DNA of 30,868 bases, from assembly GCA_026023565.1 (NCBI GenBank), contig JAPETS010000006.1, positions 930,001 through 960,868 on the forward strand, given 5' to 3'. The position numbers were made by a program, and so were the translations under genes. The notes under the pieces were generated by a model. The model made no database searches. It was not told the DNA's origin and saw only the letters and a program-made list of their open reading frames with translations. This document shows, piece by piece, positions 30,279 through 30,868 of the stretch; the stretch's first letter is position 1, and each line of letters starts with the position of its first letter. The stretch is from Cirrosporium novae-zelandiae. Its lineage: Eukaryota.

Positions 30279-30868
30279 TAGTAGGGGGACAAGTACTGTA
30301 GGTAAATTGATTAAAAAAAAAATTTCATTTTCATGGAGTTATAACTTTACTTATAAATGGGGTTGTTGAGGGTATATACATACAGTATAAATAAATAAAT
30401 AGATAACTAATCCTTGTAGTCTAGTGAGGAGAAGTTTTTTTTTTTTTCTTTCTCTGGGTTAGAAACTCCGAAGATACCTACCTACATAATCAGTAGAAAT
30501 GATAATTAACTGTTACGTTGTTCCCTATTACAGTAGGTTAGACTGCTAGTCTAGGGGACATAATTAATAATTATGCCCTATTCTAGGGCTAGGCTAACCT
30601 TTTTATAAGGTGAGGAGGAGGAGGAGGAGGAAGAGGCTCTTCAGCCTTGGAATTCTAGACCGCCAGTCTGTCAAATAATATCACACTCAGTTGGACTACC
30701 CCTACTGGTTAGTAGAAGGCCGAGTAATATATGTGACAGGATTAAAAAAAAAGAAGAGAAAGAAAATATGTCAAGTGGTGGAATGAATTATTTCGATAAA
30801 TAGTATATGCTTGTTCTATATTTAACTAAGTACGTAAGAGAAGGGGAAGTACTTATTTCTCCCCTCCC

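Overview
This is eukaryotic DNA from a filamentous ascomycete (Pezizomycotina-type): short 48-73 nt GT..AG introns, mostly with CTAAC/CTGAC-like branch sites, and microsatellite-rich AT-rich intergenic spacers. I can reconstruct eight intact genes. They are an orphan protein (497-1351 +), a 4-exon MOSC/mARC-family protein (-), a 3-exon patatin-domain protein that lacks the catalytic Ser (+), a NIPA/DUF803 Mg2+ transporter (+), an uncharacterised SQ/TQ-rich disordered protein (-) head-to-head with RAD4/XPC (+), and an intronless NRPS-like A-T-R reductase (-) head-to-head with an NCS1 (Fur-type) permease (+). About 8.8-12.1 kb holds decayed minus-strand genes, including a 389-codon frame with three internal stops and a 210-bp diverged tandem duplication. 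The strongest leads are: (1) the divergent A-T-R reductase/NCS1 pair, whose shared spacer is dense in GATAA sites, as a candidate nitrogen-regulated import-and-reduce module; (2) three XPA-like GGGF(L) motifs in the Rad4 tail; (3) twin MCB boxes between RAD4 and the SQ/TQ-rich gene; (4) the pseudo-patatin. No database searches were run. Family calls come from motifs recognised by eye.
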